Assembly: GCA_934255405.1 (NCBI GenBank)
Contig: CAKQNT010000001.1
Span: forward strand, 34,043-98,042
Direction: 5' to 3'
DNA length: 64,000 nucleotides
DNA from: an uncultured Alphaproteobacteria bacterium
Lineage (GTDB): Bacteria > Pseudomonadota > Alphaproteobacteria > RF32 > CAG-239
Part shown: positions 16,885 through 27,420 of the stretch, piece by piece
Layout: each line of letters begins with the position of its first letter
Position numbering within the stretch: the stretch's first letter is position 1
Translations under genes and position numbers: made by a program
Notes under the pieces: model-generated
The model's database searches: none
What the model saw: the letters and a program-made list of their open reading frames with translations, nothing else
Told to the model about the DNA's origin: nothing

Positions 16885-18456
16885 ATGCCGAAAACAGGTT
16901 TAAAAACTTTTGTTTACAGCTTTTCCGTATCTCTGTTTGCGATTTTTGCCGCTAACGGAGTATATTGGCATGAACACAAACGCCCCTCTCAAGAGCCTAA
17001 AATATCAGATAAAAACATTATGTTGTTTCTTAAATCAGAGCAGGCAAACCCCTCTAAAACTGCCGCTCCGGTAAAGAAAATTGCGCTAAATGTTTTGCCG
17101 GATCTTAAACCGGCACCCGATGATGATATAATCATGGCTGATATCGGGCTGGAAGAATCAGAACTACTGGAAATTCCGCTGGAAATTGAATTGCCACCAG
17201 CTAAGCCGGTGCGCAAAGCTCCGCAACCACCAATGATGTTGGCCGAAAACAAAGTTTCTGAGCCGCTTAAAATTGCAGAGCACCCCAAGTCCAAGGTTGA
17301 GGCTGTGGTGATACCACTGCAGGCTCCGGAGATTGCCGACATTAGCCAACCTGTCGCCGTCAAAGCGCCAGAAACCACAATCGAGCCAAAATCAGCTGCT
17401 CCCACATCGCAACCATTGCTGATGGCCGCAGCCGACGAGCCGATACCGTTGTTGCCGATTGAAAAAAGCTCCGACGAACTGGCGCAAAGCGTTACAAAAG
17501 TCAGAATCGGCTCAGTTGATGACTTGAATCAGGTGGCTTTGGCCGATAAGAGCATTCCAGTTCACAGTATGATAAAAGACAAGCCGGAGGAAAGCACGGC
17601 AGAAAGTGCAAAACCGCAGGCCAAGTGGCAAAGCATGGCTGATAAGACCGCGGCAGAATCCCCGTGGGTGGTAGCAAAGGCCGATGGCGCGCTCAAAAAC
17701 GGCAGGCTGGCAGATGAGGCTTATTATCAAAAAGAAAACGCTGAAATTCAAAGCGCCTTAAATCCGCAGCAACAGAGCGGCAATGAAGTTAAAATTGCTT
17801 CGGAAACAGTTAAAAATCTGCTTATTCCTATTCCGGAAGATATTTTGAATGATGAGAACTTAACTCCTCAACTTTCTTATTCGCCCCAAAACAAGCCTGA
17901 ACCTGAGGAAAAACAGCTGACGGAAGTTAAGCCGGCAGAGCTAAAACTTGACAGCGAGGAAAGTCGAAAAAACAAACTGCTTTCTTCGTTGAACTCGATA
18001 TTTTCCTCCTCTCCAAAGCCCAAAGAGACCAAGTCGGCGGCTGAAGCCCCCAATTTATTGTCGGAAATTCGCAAAAAGTTCCAAAAGCCAAGCGCCGTCG
18101 GAAAGATTATGCCAACCGAAATGCGCTTATCATTCCAGCCCAACCGCGCCGAAATATCCGGACAAACGCTACGCTGGATTCAGGCTTTTGCCGCACGAGC
18201 GGCCGACAACCAGAATATGACCATTGAAATCCGCATTGATGGCACCGCCGCAATGGATTTGCAGCAAAAGAGACTTAACCTGCTACACAACATTTTAACC
18301 GATAAAGGAGTTGAATACAGCAAAATAAACACGGTATTTACTCAAAGAGAGCCCAACTCTTTTATCATCAAAACAATTACTCACAACCCCATAGCCCAAA
18401 GAAGGAGCAATGAAAATATAAACAGAGCCGCAGACGGGTATTATCAGCAATGGTAA
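16885..18456 (+). CDS. Membrane-anchored proline-rich protein with degenerate OmpA/MotB-like C-terminal domain. First gene of type IVb pilus operon.
   Basis: N-terminal TM segment. C-terminal QQKRLNLLHNILTDKGVEYSKI resembles the OmpA_C motif N-x2-LS-x2-RA-x2-V-x3-L-x3-GV. Start set at MPKTGL (SD GAGGGG upstream). Confidence 0.45.
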   Translation: MPKTGLKTFVYSFSVSLFAIFAANGVYWHEHKRPSQEPKISDKNIMLFLKSEQANPSKTAAPVKKIALNVLPDLKPAPDDDIIMADIGLEESELLEIPLEIELPPAKPVRKAPQPPMMLAENKVSEPLKIAEHPKSKVEAVVIPLQAPEIADISQPVAVKAPETTIEPKSAAPTSQPLLMAAADEPIPLLPIEKSSDELAQSVTKVRIGSVDDLNQVALADKSIPVHSMIKDKPEESTAESAKPQAKWQSMADKTAAESPWVVAKADGALKNGRLADEAYYQKENAEIQSALNPQQQSGNEVKIASETVKNLLIPIPEDILNDENLTPQLSYSPQNKPEPEEKQLTEVKPAELKLDSEESRKNKLLSSLNSIFSSSPKPKETKSAAEAPNLLSEIRKKFQKPSAVGKIMPTEMRLSFQPNRAEISGQTLRWIQAFAARAADNQNMTIEIRIDGTAAMDLQQKRLNLLHNILTDKGVEYSKINTVFTQREPNSFIIKTITHNPIAQRRSNENINRAADGYYQQW

Positions 18457-18542
18457 TAAGTATAGCGCGGCGCTTGATTATTTAATTTTCAGTATGTATG
18501 ATAGGAAAAACAATGACAAAATCTAATCCGAGGATTGCAGAA

Positions 18543-19199
18543 ATGAACCAGAAAACATGGAAAAGCACATCTCTGATAGCGGCACTTTTGGTAGCCGGAT
18601 GCAGCACTCACGCAACAAGCAGCCCTTATGACGGCAATTCTCCTATACCTCAAGATATGGTATTAGAGCAGCCGGCTCCGGCGACAAATGTGACCACAGC
18701 CTCCGGCAAGGAGCTGATTAGCTATCGAGAAACCGCCGCGGACTACCGCGAATATGGCGAGCGTATGCCTACGGATCAGGATATTGTCAACTCCGGAGCC
18801 GGAAGCAATATGTCAGCCTCTATTCCGCCAACCATTGATGAGGAAGTTGCGGATTATGAAAACGAGGTAAATGCCGCCATTAATGAGGGCAGCAGCGATG
18901 ACAGCTCGGCGCAGTCTTCCGGCGAGGATCCGGTTGAAGACTGGCTGGCTGAGGAAGGCAGCACGCTTAAAGGGTTGTTGACAGACTGGAGCGAGCGCGC
19001 CGGCTGGAGATTGATTTGGAACAGCAACCGCAACTACACACTGGCTGCCGGCGCAATGTTCCGCGGCAGATTTGCCGATGTAAGCTCGGCTTTAATCAGA
19101 ACATTTGCCAGAGCCAGACCGGCTCCGGTTGCCACTTTTTATAAAGGAAACAGAGTCTTAGTTGTTGAGACCATGGAGGATGAGAATGCGTATGACTAA
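18543..19199 (+). CDS. PilL-like lipoprotein (TcpQ-like C-terminal domain) of type IVb pilus systems.
   Basis: Lipoprotein signal MNQKTWKSTSLIAALLVAGC. Conserved C-terminal LTDWSERAGWRLIWNS...TFYKGNRVLVV. Precedes the secretin gene as in R64/PAPI-1 pilL-pilN. Confidence 0.5.
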   Translation: MNQKTWKSTSLIAALLVAGCSTHATSSPYDGNSPIPQDMVLEQPAPATNVTTASGKELISYRETAADYREYGERMPTDQDIVNSGAGSNMSASIPPTIDEEVADYENEVNAAINEGSSDDSSAQSSGEDPVEDWLAEEGSTLKGLLTDWSERAGWRLIWNSNRNYTLAAGAMFRGRFADVSSALIRTFARARPAPVATFYKGNRVLVVETMEDENAYD

Positions 19200-20787
19200 T
19201 TGGAAAAAAATCGGACTTGGAATGCTTGTTGCGGCGTTCGCAGCCTCCTGCTCGATTTCCACAAATATGGATGCAACAATTGAGCGTGAGGTAGAAACTG
19301 CCACCCGCATGAAAGAAGAGGCCAAAGCGCCGACTGTTGTTGCCAATCAGGATTTGATTAAGGTAAAAGACGAGATTTGGCTTGGTGATTCAAGTGAAAT
19401 CGAATATGAAGGCGCCCCGATACCGGCTTATTTGGAAGGCAAGAACGGCATCACCTTGGTGAGCAACCGCCCGATTACCTTGTTTGAAATCGGCGATATG
19501 ATTAACAAAACCACCTCGCTGGGCGTGCGCTATGCTCCCCAGCTGGAAGCAGATGTAAAATCTAAAGGAGCTGCCAACAAACCTACTGTTGACAGCGTAA
19601 ACAGCGATTGGGCAGAACCGGATAAAATGCTGGTTTCTTATCAGGGTCCTTTGAGCGGATTGCTGAATGAAGTGTCTTCTCGTTTTGGAATCTGGTGGAA
19701 GTATGAGAACAAAGAGATTCACTTCTACAAGTTCGTTACCAGAACCTTTGTTGTATATAGCCTGCCAAGTAAACCGAATTTGTCGGTTAACGTCGGCGGC
19801 AGCCAGAGCGGAGGCGGCGGAAGTTCCTCCATCAGTATGAGCAGCTCGATTGAGGTTGAGATGTGGGGCAACTTTGAAAAAAGTATCTCTTCAATGATAA
19901 GCGATGGAGCAAAACTCACGATGTCGCCGGCTGACGGAACCATCACGCTGACCGCTACTCCGAACGATATTAAGAAAGTTGCAAAATACATTAACGAGCA
20001 AAATGTTCGTTTGTCTCGTCAGGTTGCCATCAGCGTAAAGATTTTGCAGGTTTCGATTACAGATACAGACGACTACGGACTTGATCTGAAAGCAACTTTT
20101 GGCGACGGCGTTACCAGTATCGGCGTCACAGGCTCTACCAGCGTAAGCTCTGCGGCCAGCGCCGGCAATACCATCACTTGGGGTATTCTGAAAGACAAAT
20201 GGACGGCCGACGCGGCGGTAAAAGCGCTTTCTCAGCGCAACAACACCAGTTTGGTTACCAGCGGCACGGTTACAACTTTGAACAACAAACCGGCACCAAT
20301 TCAGGTTACACAAAAGCAGAACTACATTGCAGAAATGACCAAGACCAACAGTGGAACCGACGGCACAAACTATGATATTTCGGTTACGACCGAAGAAGTT
20401 GAGACCGGATTCACACTTGATGTTTTGCCACGAATTTTGGAGCATGGTCGTCTGCTGGTTATGTTCAACATGACATTGTCTGACCTGTTGTCACTGGATA
20501 AAGTTGAGTTCGGCGCCTCCAGCGAGAACCAATATATTCAGAATCCGAAGATTGAATCTAGAGCATTTACCCAAGAAGTGGCTATGACCTCCGGAGAATC
20601 TTTAATTTTGACAGGTTATGAGCGCGTAAACAGCTCAACCACCAAGGAAGGCACCGGCTCAGCCGAAAACTCTTTGCTTGGCGGCTCAGCTAAAGCTCAA
20701 AAAGAACGCAGTGTTTTGGTTATTATCCTGACACCGATTGTATTGGAATCTCCGCTGTCACCGGAAGCCAGAATGTCAATGAATTAG
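19186..20787 (+). CDS. Secretin (PilN/BfpB-like lipoprotein secretin of type IVb pili).
   Basis: Lipoprotein-like signal GLGMLVAAFAASC. C-terminal secretin domain (LVTSGTVTTLNNKPAPIQV...VLVIILTPIV). Confidence 0.7.
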   Translation: MRMTNWKKIGLGMLVAAFAASCSISTNMDATIEREVETATRMKEEAKAPTVVANQDLIKVKDEIWLGDSSEIEYEGAPIPAYLEGKNGITLVSNRPITLFEIGDMINKTTSLGVRYAPQLEADVKSKGAANKPTVDSVNSDWAEPDKMLVSYQGPLSGLLNEVSSRFGIWWKYENKEIHFYKFVTRTFVVYSLPSKPNLSVNVGGSQSGGGGSSSISMSSSIEVEMWGNFEKSISSMISDGAKLTMSPADGTITLTATPNDIKKVAKYINEQNVRLSRQVAISVKILQVSITDTDDYGLDLKATFGDGVTSIGVTGSTSVSSAASAGNTITWGILKDKWTADAAVKALSQRNNTSLVTSGTVTTLNNKPAPIQVTQKQNYIAEMTKTNSGTDGTNYDISVTTEEVETGFTLDVLPRILEHGRLLVMFNMTLSDLLSLDKVEFGASSENQYIQNPKIESRAFTQEVAMTSGESLILTGYERVNSSTTKEGTGSAENSLLGGSAKAQKERSVLVIILTPIVLESPLSPEARMSMN

Positions 20788-20797
20788 GAGAACCACA

Positions 20798-22075
20798 GTG
20801 CTTGAAGAAGCCAAACTGTTAGATGATGATATAGACAACGGCTCAGCCAAAAAATCTTGGGGTTCATCCATTACCATTGATGGAGTGAGCTATGCCACAA
20901 GCCTGTTTTGGCAGCCGTTGCAAAATGCCAGCGACCCTTTTCAAGAAGTTGAAGAGGCGTCAGCCGGCGTTTTGGAAGGAGCCGACCTGTTTTGTATTAA
21001 GGGAGGCAAGGCTCCGCAGTTTGGTATCTGCGTTTCTCATGAGGGATATAAAAGCGGCGAAACGGTAGCCGCGGTTGCGTTGGCGACTTCGCTCTCCGAC
21101 ATCGGCTCGTTTATTGCGGTATTTAAGACCGCTGAGGGCTGGTGGTATACCTGTATTCGTAACGACATTATCTTGTCCGACGGCGATATGTTGTTCTTAA
21201 GCGAGGAAGAAGCCAAAGAACAGTTTTTATCTATGTTGGCTGTGCCGGATTGGGGCAAAAAAATTGCGCCCAAAGAATGGGAAATCGAAGACACGGAACA
21301 ACTCGATTTGGCCGAAGTTTTGGCTAGAGGCGCAAAATCAAAGCTGCAAAAAATTAAGGCTTTGCGCGGAGGCAAACTGTTTGCCGTGATTGCGGTTTCG
21401 GCTGTGGTCGGTTTGTGGTTGCTCTCCAGCCTAGTGGACACCCTGTTTTTGACACCGACCGTACGTCCGGTTGTTGTGCCAGTTAAACCGAAGGTAGTGC
21501 CCAAAGTAGAGCAAGTGGTAGAAGTTAAGCCGTGGGAAAAAGTGCCTAACCCCCAGCAGGTTATGAAAAACTGTTATCAGGGAATTGTGGCTCTGGATAA
21601 GATTTTGCCTCCAGGCTGGGCTATTGGAGCAATCAGTTGTAACAACGGCAGTGCCGCCACCTCATGGGTTCGTAATGTCGGGCGCGTGGCATGGGCAAAA
21701 AAAGCTTTGGATGATTCCGGACTAAAATTTTCGGGCTATAGTTTTTCTTCCAACGGCTCAAGTTTGTCGGCAACTTTGGCTCTGGACAAGGCGGAAGAGC
21801 AATTGAGCCCGCCGCAAAAACGCGCGATAGAGCTCCGTGACGAATTGAACGATACATTTCAGAGTATCGGCGTGCCTATTGCGTTGTCTACCGAAACAAC
21901 CAAATCGTCAACCGGCACGATTTATCAGATGATAAAATTTTCACTCAATTCCGAGTACAATCCTTTGACATGGCTGGATTTGTTAACAAAATATTCAGGA
22001 CTTGAGATTAAACTTATAACATATTCTCCAAACGACAAGATTTGGCATTACGAGGGGACAATCTATGTTTTGTAA
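20798..22075 (+). CDS. Bitopic inner-membrane pilus assembly protein (PilO2/BfpC-like by position). GTG start.
   Basis: Single central TM (LFAVIAVSAVVGLWLLSSLV). Position between secretin and PilP-like gene. AGGAG RBS 7 nt before GTG. Confidence 0.4.
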   Translation: MLEEAKLLDDDIDNGSAKKSWGSSITIDGVSYATSLFWQPLQNASDPFQEVEEASAGVLEGADLFCIKGGKAPQFGICVSHEGYKSGETVAAVALATSLSDIGSFIAVFKTAEGWWYTCIRNDIILSDGDMLFLSEEEAKEQFLSMLAVPDWGKKIAPKEWEIEDTEQLDLAEVLARGAKSKLQKIKALRGGKLFAVIAVSAVVGLWLLSSLVDTLFLTPTVRPVVVPVKPKVVPKVEQVVEVKPWEKVPNPQQVMKNCYQGIVALDKILPPGWAIGAISCNNGSAATSWVRNVGRVAWAKKALDDSGLKFSGYSFSSNGSSLSATLALDKAEEQLSPPQKRAIELRDELNDTFQSIGVPIALSTETTKSSTGTIYQMIKFSLNSEYNPLTWLDLLTKYSGLEIKLITYSPNDKIWHYEGTIYVL

Positions 22076-23384
22076 AATAAGAAATATTTTAAGCGTTTCC
22101 GCTTTGGCTTTGATGGTAACAGCAGGCAATAACAACCTGTATGCGCAAGGTGTTGTTACCCTCTCGGAAGATGCCATGTTTGATGATAATGACAGCGCGC
22201 CGTCTGCAAGCGTGCCGGATAATGCACCACTGTTTGGCTCTGACAATGCAGCTCCGACAGCGGCACCAAAAGTTGAGCCGAAGGCTGAACCGGCAGTTGA
22301 ACCTGTCGCCGCAGCCGAGGTTCCGTCACCGATTATGCCGGCGTCTATGCTCAACCAACCGGGGGCTGGCGTGGGAATTATAGGCACTAATGACAACGAA
22401 GAAATTGGTGATGAAGTCTTTTCTAAGATGTCTAATTTGGAAAAGCAAACGGCGTTGTTGAATCTTGAACTGCGCAGAGAGAAAGTTCAAAACGAAATTG
22501 AGGCTATCAAGAATCAGCGCAAACAGGCAATAATCCAAGAACAAGAAAAGGCCGAAGAGCAAAAGCGCAAAAAGATTGAATGGGAAAAAGAGCAAGAGCA
22601 AAAAGTTCTGCAAGAACAGCAGAAGTTGCGTGAGCTGGATATTAAATTTGAAACCGTGCGTCAGGAAAGACTGCTGAACTCTTACAAGAACGAGATGCTT
22701 ACGGCTAATCAGGAATGGATTGCTCATGAAGGCGGTCTCTATCAGCAGATTGAGGATCTGAAAAAAGAAAAACAGGCGTTGTTGGAAGATACGCAGAATA
22801 AGCTGAAAAACATTAAAGCCAGCTTTGCTAATGCTGCTACTCAGGCCGACGAAACCGTTAATGCTTATAAAAAAGAAATCGGAACCCTGAAAGAGCAGAT
22901 TAACACTCTAAACTCCAGAATTGAAGCACAAGAAAGAGAAATGGAAAGACGCAATCCGTTTGCCGATGGCGGAGTTGAGGACGGCGGTGCGGTTACGGCA
23001 TCACAAGCTGCTGATGCTATTGTTCCGGAGTTGAAACTGCAGAATATGTATGCGGTTATGGAAATTCGCGGACAAAATGGAGAGTTGATTGCCAAACTGA
23101 TTAATCAGGACGGCACACCTTTCTATGTTAAAAAAGGCACAGCACTGCAAAGCGGACATATCATCGATGACATCACCTCGACTTATGTTCGGGCAGAAAA
23201 GAACGGTATAAAAGATTATTTATACTTTGCGGCCGGCGGAATTTTGCCTCTGGAACAGCCGAAAACAACAATTACTCCTGATTTGCCGGCGGCAGAGACT
23301 GTCAAAAACACGGCTCCGGCCAAACAGGGTTTTGTAGCCAGCAACGGAATTCCGGGATTGGGACAATCAATGATGGCCAGATAA
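22065..23384 (+). CDS. Periplasmic PilP-like protein: signal peptide, coiled-coil region, C-terminal beta-rich domain.
   Basis: Signal peptide. C-terminal LKLQNMYAVMEIRGQNGELIAKLINQDGTPFYVKKGTALQSGHIIDDI resembles PilP/GspC HR-type secretin-interacting domains (inference). Confidence 0.4.
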   Translation: MFCKIRNILSVSALALMVTAGNNNLYAQGVVTLSEDAMFDDNDSAPSASVPDNAPLFGSDNAAPTAAPKVEPKAEPAVEPVAAAEVPSPIMPASMLNQPGAGVGIIGTNDNEEIGDEVFSKMSNLEKQTALLNLELRREKVQNEIEAIKNQRKQAIIQEQEKAEEQKRKKIEWEKEQEQKVLQEQQKLRELDIKFETVRQERLLNSYKNEMLTANQEWIAHEGGLYQQIEDLKKEKQALLEDTQNKLKNIKASFANAATQADETVNAYKKEIGTLKEQINTLNSRIEAQEREMERRNPFADGGVEDGGAVTASQAADAIVPELKLQNMYAVMEIRGQNGELIAKLINQDGTPFYVKKGTALQSGHIIDDITSTYVRAEKNGIKDYLYFAAGGILPLEQPKTTITPDLPAAETVKNTAPAKQGFVASNGIPGLGQSMMAR

Positions 23385-23387
23385 ACC

Positions 23388-25073
23388 ATGGCAGAAGCGG
23401 AAGAAGAGAAACAAAACGGTAATATCGAGCAGACGGCATCAGACACAACAGCTGGTGCCGCCGCTGAATCTTTGGCGTCAAGCAAAGCTGAAGGTGAAAA
23501 AAAATCTTCTATTGTCGAAACTTATTTCTCTAACGGCAACCGCCTGTTGACTTTGCAGGGATCTTCGCTGGTTATTAATGACGATACCAGACGTTTGTTG
23601 GCTCTGTTTTCAGACGGGCGTTTTCTGGTGGTTGAGAGCCACAAATTTGATGGCCGCGTCTTGAGCTTTGAGGTTTTGGCCAGAAAAAAACGCTTGGCTA
23701 TTCTGAAACCAACCTATGTTTCCCAAAATGAAATTAATGCCATATACAGTATCGGTGAGCGCGCTCAAGCTGAAGTTGACGTACGCGAGGATAGCGAACT
23801 TGACCAGCTGCAAATGCAGAAGGACTTTGTCAATGTGATTGCCCGCGCGGCAGCGCAAAAGGTTTCCGATGTGCACGTTATTGTGGCAGACAGCACCCAA
23901 ATTATGTTCCGTATTAACGGTATGATGACCACTGAGATGGAATATAACAAAGACTGGGGTGAATCTTTTGTCCGCGCGGCGTTTGCCTCAGCCGATGTAT
24001 CGGACTCCAACTATGCACAAAATGAGTTTCAGGGCGCACAAAAACTGGGCTCCACCCCTCTGCGCGGTTCTAAAGGTAAGTTGATGCTGCCGCACAATGT
24101 GTTGGCTATTCGTTTGCAGTTTAACCCGATTGCGTTTGGTTCGCAATATTTGGTTATGCGTCTGCTGTATGCCGATGACAACCCTGATGGCTCGGGCGAT
24201 TTGGCCAGTTTGGGATTTGGCGAGTTTGAAGAAAACTTGTTCTATCGTCTGCGCGCCGTTCCGGTGGGGCTGAATATTATTGCCGGACCGACCGGCTCCG
24301 GAAAATCTACAACACTGCAAAGAAATATGATTAAACTTTTGCAGGAGAAGAATTACGAAATTAACCTGATTACGGTGGAAGACCCGCCGGAGTATCCTAT
24401 TCCCGGTGCGCGCCAAATGCCGGTGACAAACGCCAACACCGAAGAAGAAAAAGATGAACAATTTACTAAAGCGCTGTCTGCGGCTTTGCGTTCTGACCCT
24501 GATGTTATGATGGTCGGCGAGGTGCGCTCACTATCAGCAGCGCAACTGACATTTAAGGGCGCGCTGTCCGGACACGGTGTTTGGACAACCCTGCACGCCA
24601 ACTCTGCACCGGCAATTTTGATGCGTCTGCGCGATATGGGTGTTGAGACATTTAAGCTGCTGGATCCGGAACTGATAAAAGGCCTGATTTCGCAGCGTTT
24701 GTTCCGCAAGCTCTGCCCGCATTGCCGGATTTCCGTAAAAGAGCGACTGAATGATCTTTCGGTACAGCGGCTTAAGGTTGCACTGGGCGATTTTGGGGTG
24801 GAAAATACTTATGTCCGCGGTCCGGGGTGCAAATATTGCGGCAATACAGGCATTAAAGGCCGAATGAGCGTGCCGGAGATAGTTTTGCCCGATGCAATGT
24901 TTTTGGAGCTGATGATTAAAGGCGAAACCCGCAAAGCGATTGATTATTGGACCAGCGACCTTAACGGCAGAACGCTTAAAGAAGCCGCAATTGAGCGCAT
25001 GCTCAAAGGATTGATTGATCTTGATGAAGTCGAGCGCTGGTGCGGATTGATGGATCAGCGACCGGTATACTAG
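23388..25073 (+). CDS. Type IV pilus assembly ATPase, GspE/PilB/TcpT family (PilQ-like of R64 system).
   Basis: Walker A GPTGSGKST, Asp box and His box (MMVGEVRS...GHGVWTTLHAN), tetracysteine motif CPHCR...CKYCGNTG. Confidence 0.85.
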   Translation: MAEAEEEKQNGNIEQTASDTTAGAAAESLASSKAEGEKKSSIVETYFSNGNRLLTLQGSSLVINDDTRRLLALFSDGRFLVVESHKFDGRVLSFEVLARKKRLAILKPTYVSQNEINAIYSIGERAQAEVDVREDSELDQLQMQKDFVNVIARAAAQKVSDVHVIVADSTQIMFRINGMMTTEMEYNKDWGESFVRAAFASADVSDSNYAQNEFQGAQKLGSTPLRGSKGKLMLPHNVLAIRLQFNPIAFGSQYLVMRLLYADDNPDGSGDLASLGFGEFEENLFYRLRAVPVGLNIIAGPTGSGKSTTLQRNMIKLLQEKNYEINLITVEDPPEYPIPGARQMPVTNANTEEEKDEQFTKALSAALRSDPDVMMVGEVRSLSAAQLTFKGALSGHGVWTTLHANSAPAILMRLRDMGVETFKLLDPELIKGLISQRLFRKLCPHCRISVKERLNDLSVQRLKVALGDFGVENTYVRGPGCKYCGNTGIKGRMSVPEIVLPDAMFLELMIKGETRKAIDYWTSDLNGRTLKEAAIERMLKGLIDLDEVERWCGLMDQRPVY

Positions 25074-25080
25074 GAGTAAG

Positions 25081-26217
25081 ATGATGGCAGAAGATAAGAT
25101 TAAAAGAAAACCCAAATCTTTGCAAAATGCGATGATAAAACTTAATGTCATCGAGGAATATTATGCCAAAATGATTATCATCTTCTCTAACAAGGTGCGA
25201 CTGAAAATGTATCGCAAAATTGCCTCGTTAATGAAGAACCGTTTCTCCCTGATGGACGCGTTGGATATGTTGCATGACGGCGCCAGCAACGGAGGCAAAA
25301 ACCCCGGCGAGCCGCTGGCAATTGCTATTGCCGCATGGGGCAAGGCCTTGAACAATGGTAAAACATTTTCTGATGCGCTTAAGGGCTGGGCGCCGGCACG
25401 AGAAAGGCTTATGCTTTCGGTTGGCGATGTGTCCGATTTGGAGAGCGCTCTTCTGAACCTGATTAAGGTTACCGAGGGTTCTACCAAGATGATACGTCCG
25501 ATTATCGGGGCGATTGCCTACCCGAGCTTTTTGATGATGATGTCTGTATTGATTATTTATGCCATCGGCGTTTATATGGTGCCACCAATGATTGATGCCG
25601 CGCCTAATGTAGTTTGGCATGGTATGGCGCGAGATTTGGTAAATTTATCCGACTGGATTAAAGACAATTGGCTGATAGCCTTTTTGTCCTTGCCGGTGAT
25701 AATGGCAGTAATATATTTTACAATCGGTATCTGGACTGGCAAAATCCGCGCCTATTTTGACTGCATTCCGCCATGGTCTTTGTATAAGGTATTTACCGGC
25801 ATCAGCTGGTTGCTGGCTTTGTCGGCGTTGGTAAAAGGCGGCACGCCGGTTTCTACGGCTATGCGCGCGTTGCGGAGAGATGCCAGCAGATATTTGCGCG
25901 AACGCATTGATAAGACACTGGTCTTTATTAATAACGGTGACAACCTCGGGCAAGCACTGGCCAAAACCGGACTTAATTTTCCGGATAAAGAAATTATTGG
26001 CGACCTTAAAATTTATTCTGAGTTGGATAACTTTGAAGAGGCTTTGGATAATCTGGCTAATGATTGGTTGGAAGAATCCGTATATATGATTGAAGAGAAA
26101 GCCGGAATCTTAAACATGGTTGCCCTATTGGCTATCGGCGGTGTTATTGCTTGGGCGGTTATGGGCACATTTGAAATGCAAGACCAAATTACCAGCGGCA
26201 TGGGAGGCGGAGCTTAA
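25081..26217 (+). CDS. GspF/PilC-family inner-membrane platform protein (PilR-like).
   Basis: 378 aa, three TM segments with GspF-like spacing. Follows the ATPase gene. Confidence 0.7.
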   Translation: MMAEDKIKRKPKSLQNAMIKLNVIEEYYAKMIIIFSNKVRLKMYRKIASLMKNRFSLMDALDMLHDGASNGGKNPGEPLAIAIAAWGKALNNGKTFSDALKGWAPARERLMLSVGDVSDLESALLNLIKVTEGSTKMIRPIIGAIAYPSFLMMMSVLIIYAIGVYMVPPMIDAAPNVVWHGMARDLVNLSDWIKDNWLIAFLSLPVIMAVIYFTIGIWTGKIRAYFDCIPPWSLYKVFTGISWLLALSALVKGGTPVSTAMRALRRDASRYLRERIDKTLVFINNGDNLGQALAKTGLNFPDKEIIGDLKIYSELDNFEEALDNLANDWLEESVYMIEEKAGILNMVALLAIGGVIAWAVMGTFEMQDQITSGMGGGA

Positions 26218-26218
26218 G

Positions 26219-26785
26219 ATGAAAATACAAAAGATTATCAAGTCTCTGAAACACTACAACCGAACAATTGCCGCAATAGCAACAATCTTGCTGGCAATAC
26301 TTGGGGTGTCGGTTTTTATCTTTAGCGAAGAAGACAACGGGATTAGCGCCGCCGCAGAAGAATTATCAGAGCTTTCCGGCAATATAAGGCACCATTATCA
26401 GGCGCGGCCAGATTATTGGGGACTGAACACGCAAACGGTGATTGATAAAAAGATTTATCCGGCGCAAATGCTGAAAAACGGCAAACTTGTCGGATTTATG
26501 GGCAATACTGTATTGGTTGGTTCCGGAATTGAAGGCACTATGCTGATGCCCGGAGCGCGCAATTTTGATGTTGTTTATAAGGGGCTAAGCTCTAAACAGT
26601 GTGTCGGGCTTGGCAGCCATAAATTTGAGCAAAAGTTTTGGCTGGGTGTCAGCGGCGTTTCTATCTTGAGTGATAATCAGGAAACCTTGTTTAACTGGGA
26701 TGATGAGAACAACCGCCTGCCGATTTCTAAAGCTCAAGCAAAGAAATCTTGCGGAAACAATAGCATTATAATCTGGCATTTCTAA
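26219..26785 (+). CDS. Small N-terminally membrane-anchored protein (188 aa) at end of pilus operon.
   Basis: ATG at 26219 right after the platform gene stop. N-terminal TM. No prepilin G-x4-E motif. Confidence 0.4.
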   Translation: MKIQKIIKSLKHYNRTIAAIATILLAILGVSVFIFSEEDNGISAAAEELSELSGNIRHHYQARPDYWGLNTQTVIDKKIYPAQMLKNGKLVGFMGNTVLVGSGIEGTMLMPGARNFDVVYKGLSSKQCVGLGSHKFEQKFWLGVSGVSILSDNQETLFNWDDENNRLPISKAQAKKSCGNNSIIIWHF

Positions 26786-26922
26786 GAATCGACGCAATCA
26801 ATTTTTGCCTTGAGATAAAGATGGATTGCTTCTCACGGCTAATCGCCGTTCGCGCAATGACATTAGAGAAGATGGCTATTGCAGCTCACTACGTTCGGGG
26901 CTCGGGATAGTGTACTTTTAAA

Positions 26923-26990
26923 AAAAACTGTCACCGCTCCGAGTGGCGAGCATTCTCGCCCGAGGTCAAGCGGTCTTCCGTGTTGATATA
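26923..26990. repeat. Left ~65-bp inverted repeat of GIY-YIG mini-element (contains internal palindrome GGCGAGCATTCTCGCC).
   Basis: Reverse complement matches 27421-27488 with about 4 mismatches. Confidence 0.7.
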
Positions 26991-27044
26991 CTACATTGGA
27001 AAAATAATATATATTGCGTTATTGCACAATGTTTATACACTTAT

Positions 27045-27341
27045 CTACAAGTCACCGCTCAGCTCAGGGTATAAGTCTTTCCATAACGGATTAAGCTGAT
27101 TTATTAATTTTATTTTAGTCTTGCTATAACATTTTTTCAGGTATTTTTCTCGCCTGATAGCTTGTTCTTCGCCATCTATTTTTTCAAAATACACCAGTTT
27201 AAATAATTCATATCGGCTGGAAAATCCAGAAAGTATTTTATTTTTATGCTCATAGACACGGCGAATTAAATCAGATGTAACACCGGTGTAAAACGTAGTG
27301 TTATTTTTATTGGTTAAAATATATACAAACATCTCTTTCAT
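27045..27341 (-). CDS. GIY-YIG nuclease domain protein (UPF0213/YhbQ-like, 98 aa).
   Basis: Motif FVYILTNKNNTTFYTGVTSDLIRRVYEH (GIY...YIG). Confidence 0.7.
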   Translation of the reverse strand: MKEMFVYILTNKNNTTFYTGVTSDLIRRVYEHKNKILSGFSSRYELFKLVYFEKIDGEEQAIRREKYLKKCYSKTKIKLINQLNPLWKDLYPELSGDL

Positions 27342-27420
27342 AATATCAGGTTAGTCTATAATCAGCGCTAAGACAAGAGAATTTTTTCTTAGAATAAAAT
27401 TAAAATTGCTCCTAAACATT

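Noticed and set aside
26219-26785. 188-aa protein after the platform gene considered as the prepilin (pilS position)
   Set aside because: No Gly-x4-Glu prepilin processing motif. The N-terminal hydrophobic segment looks like a plain signal anchor. The true prepilin is on the opposite strand at 27593-28219.
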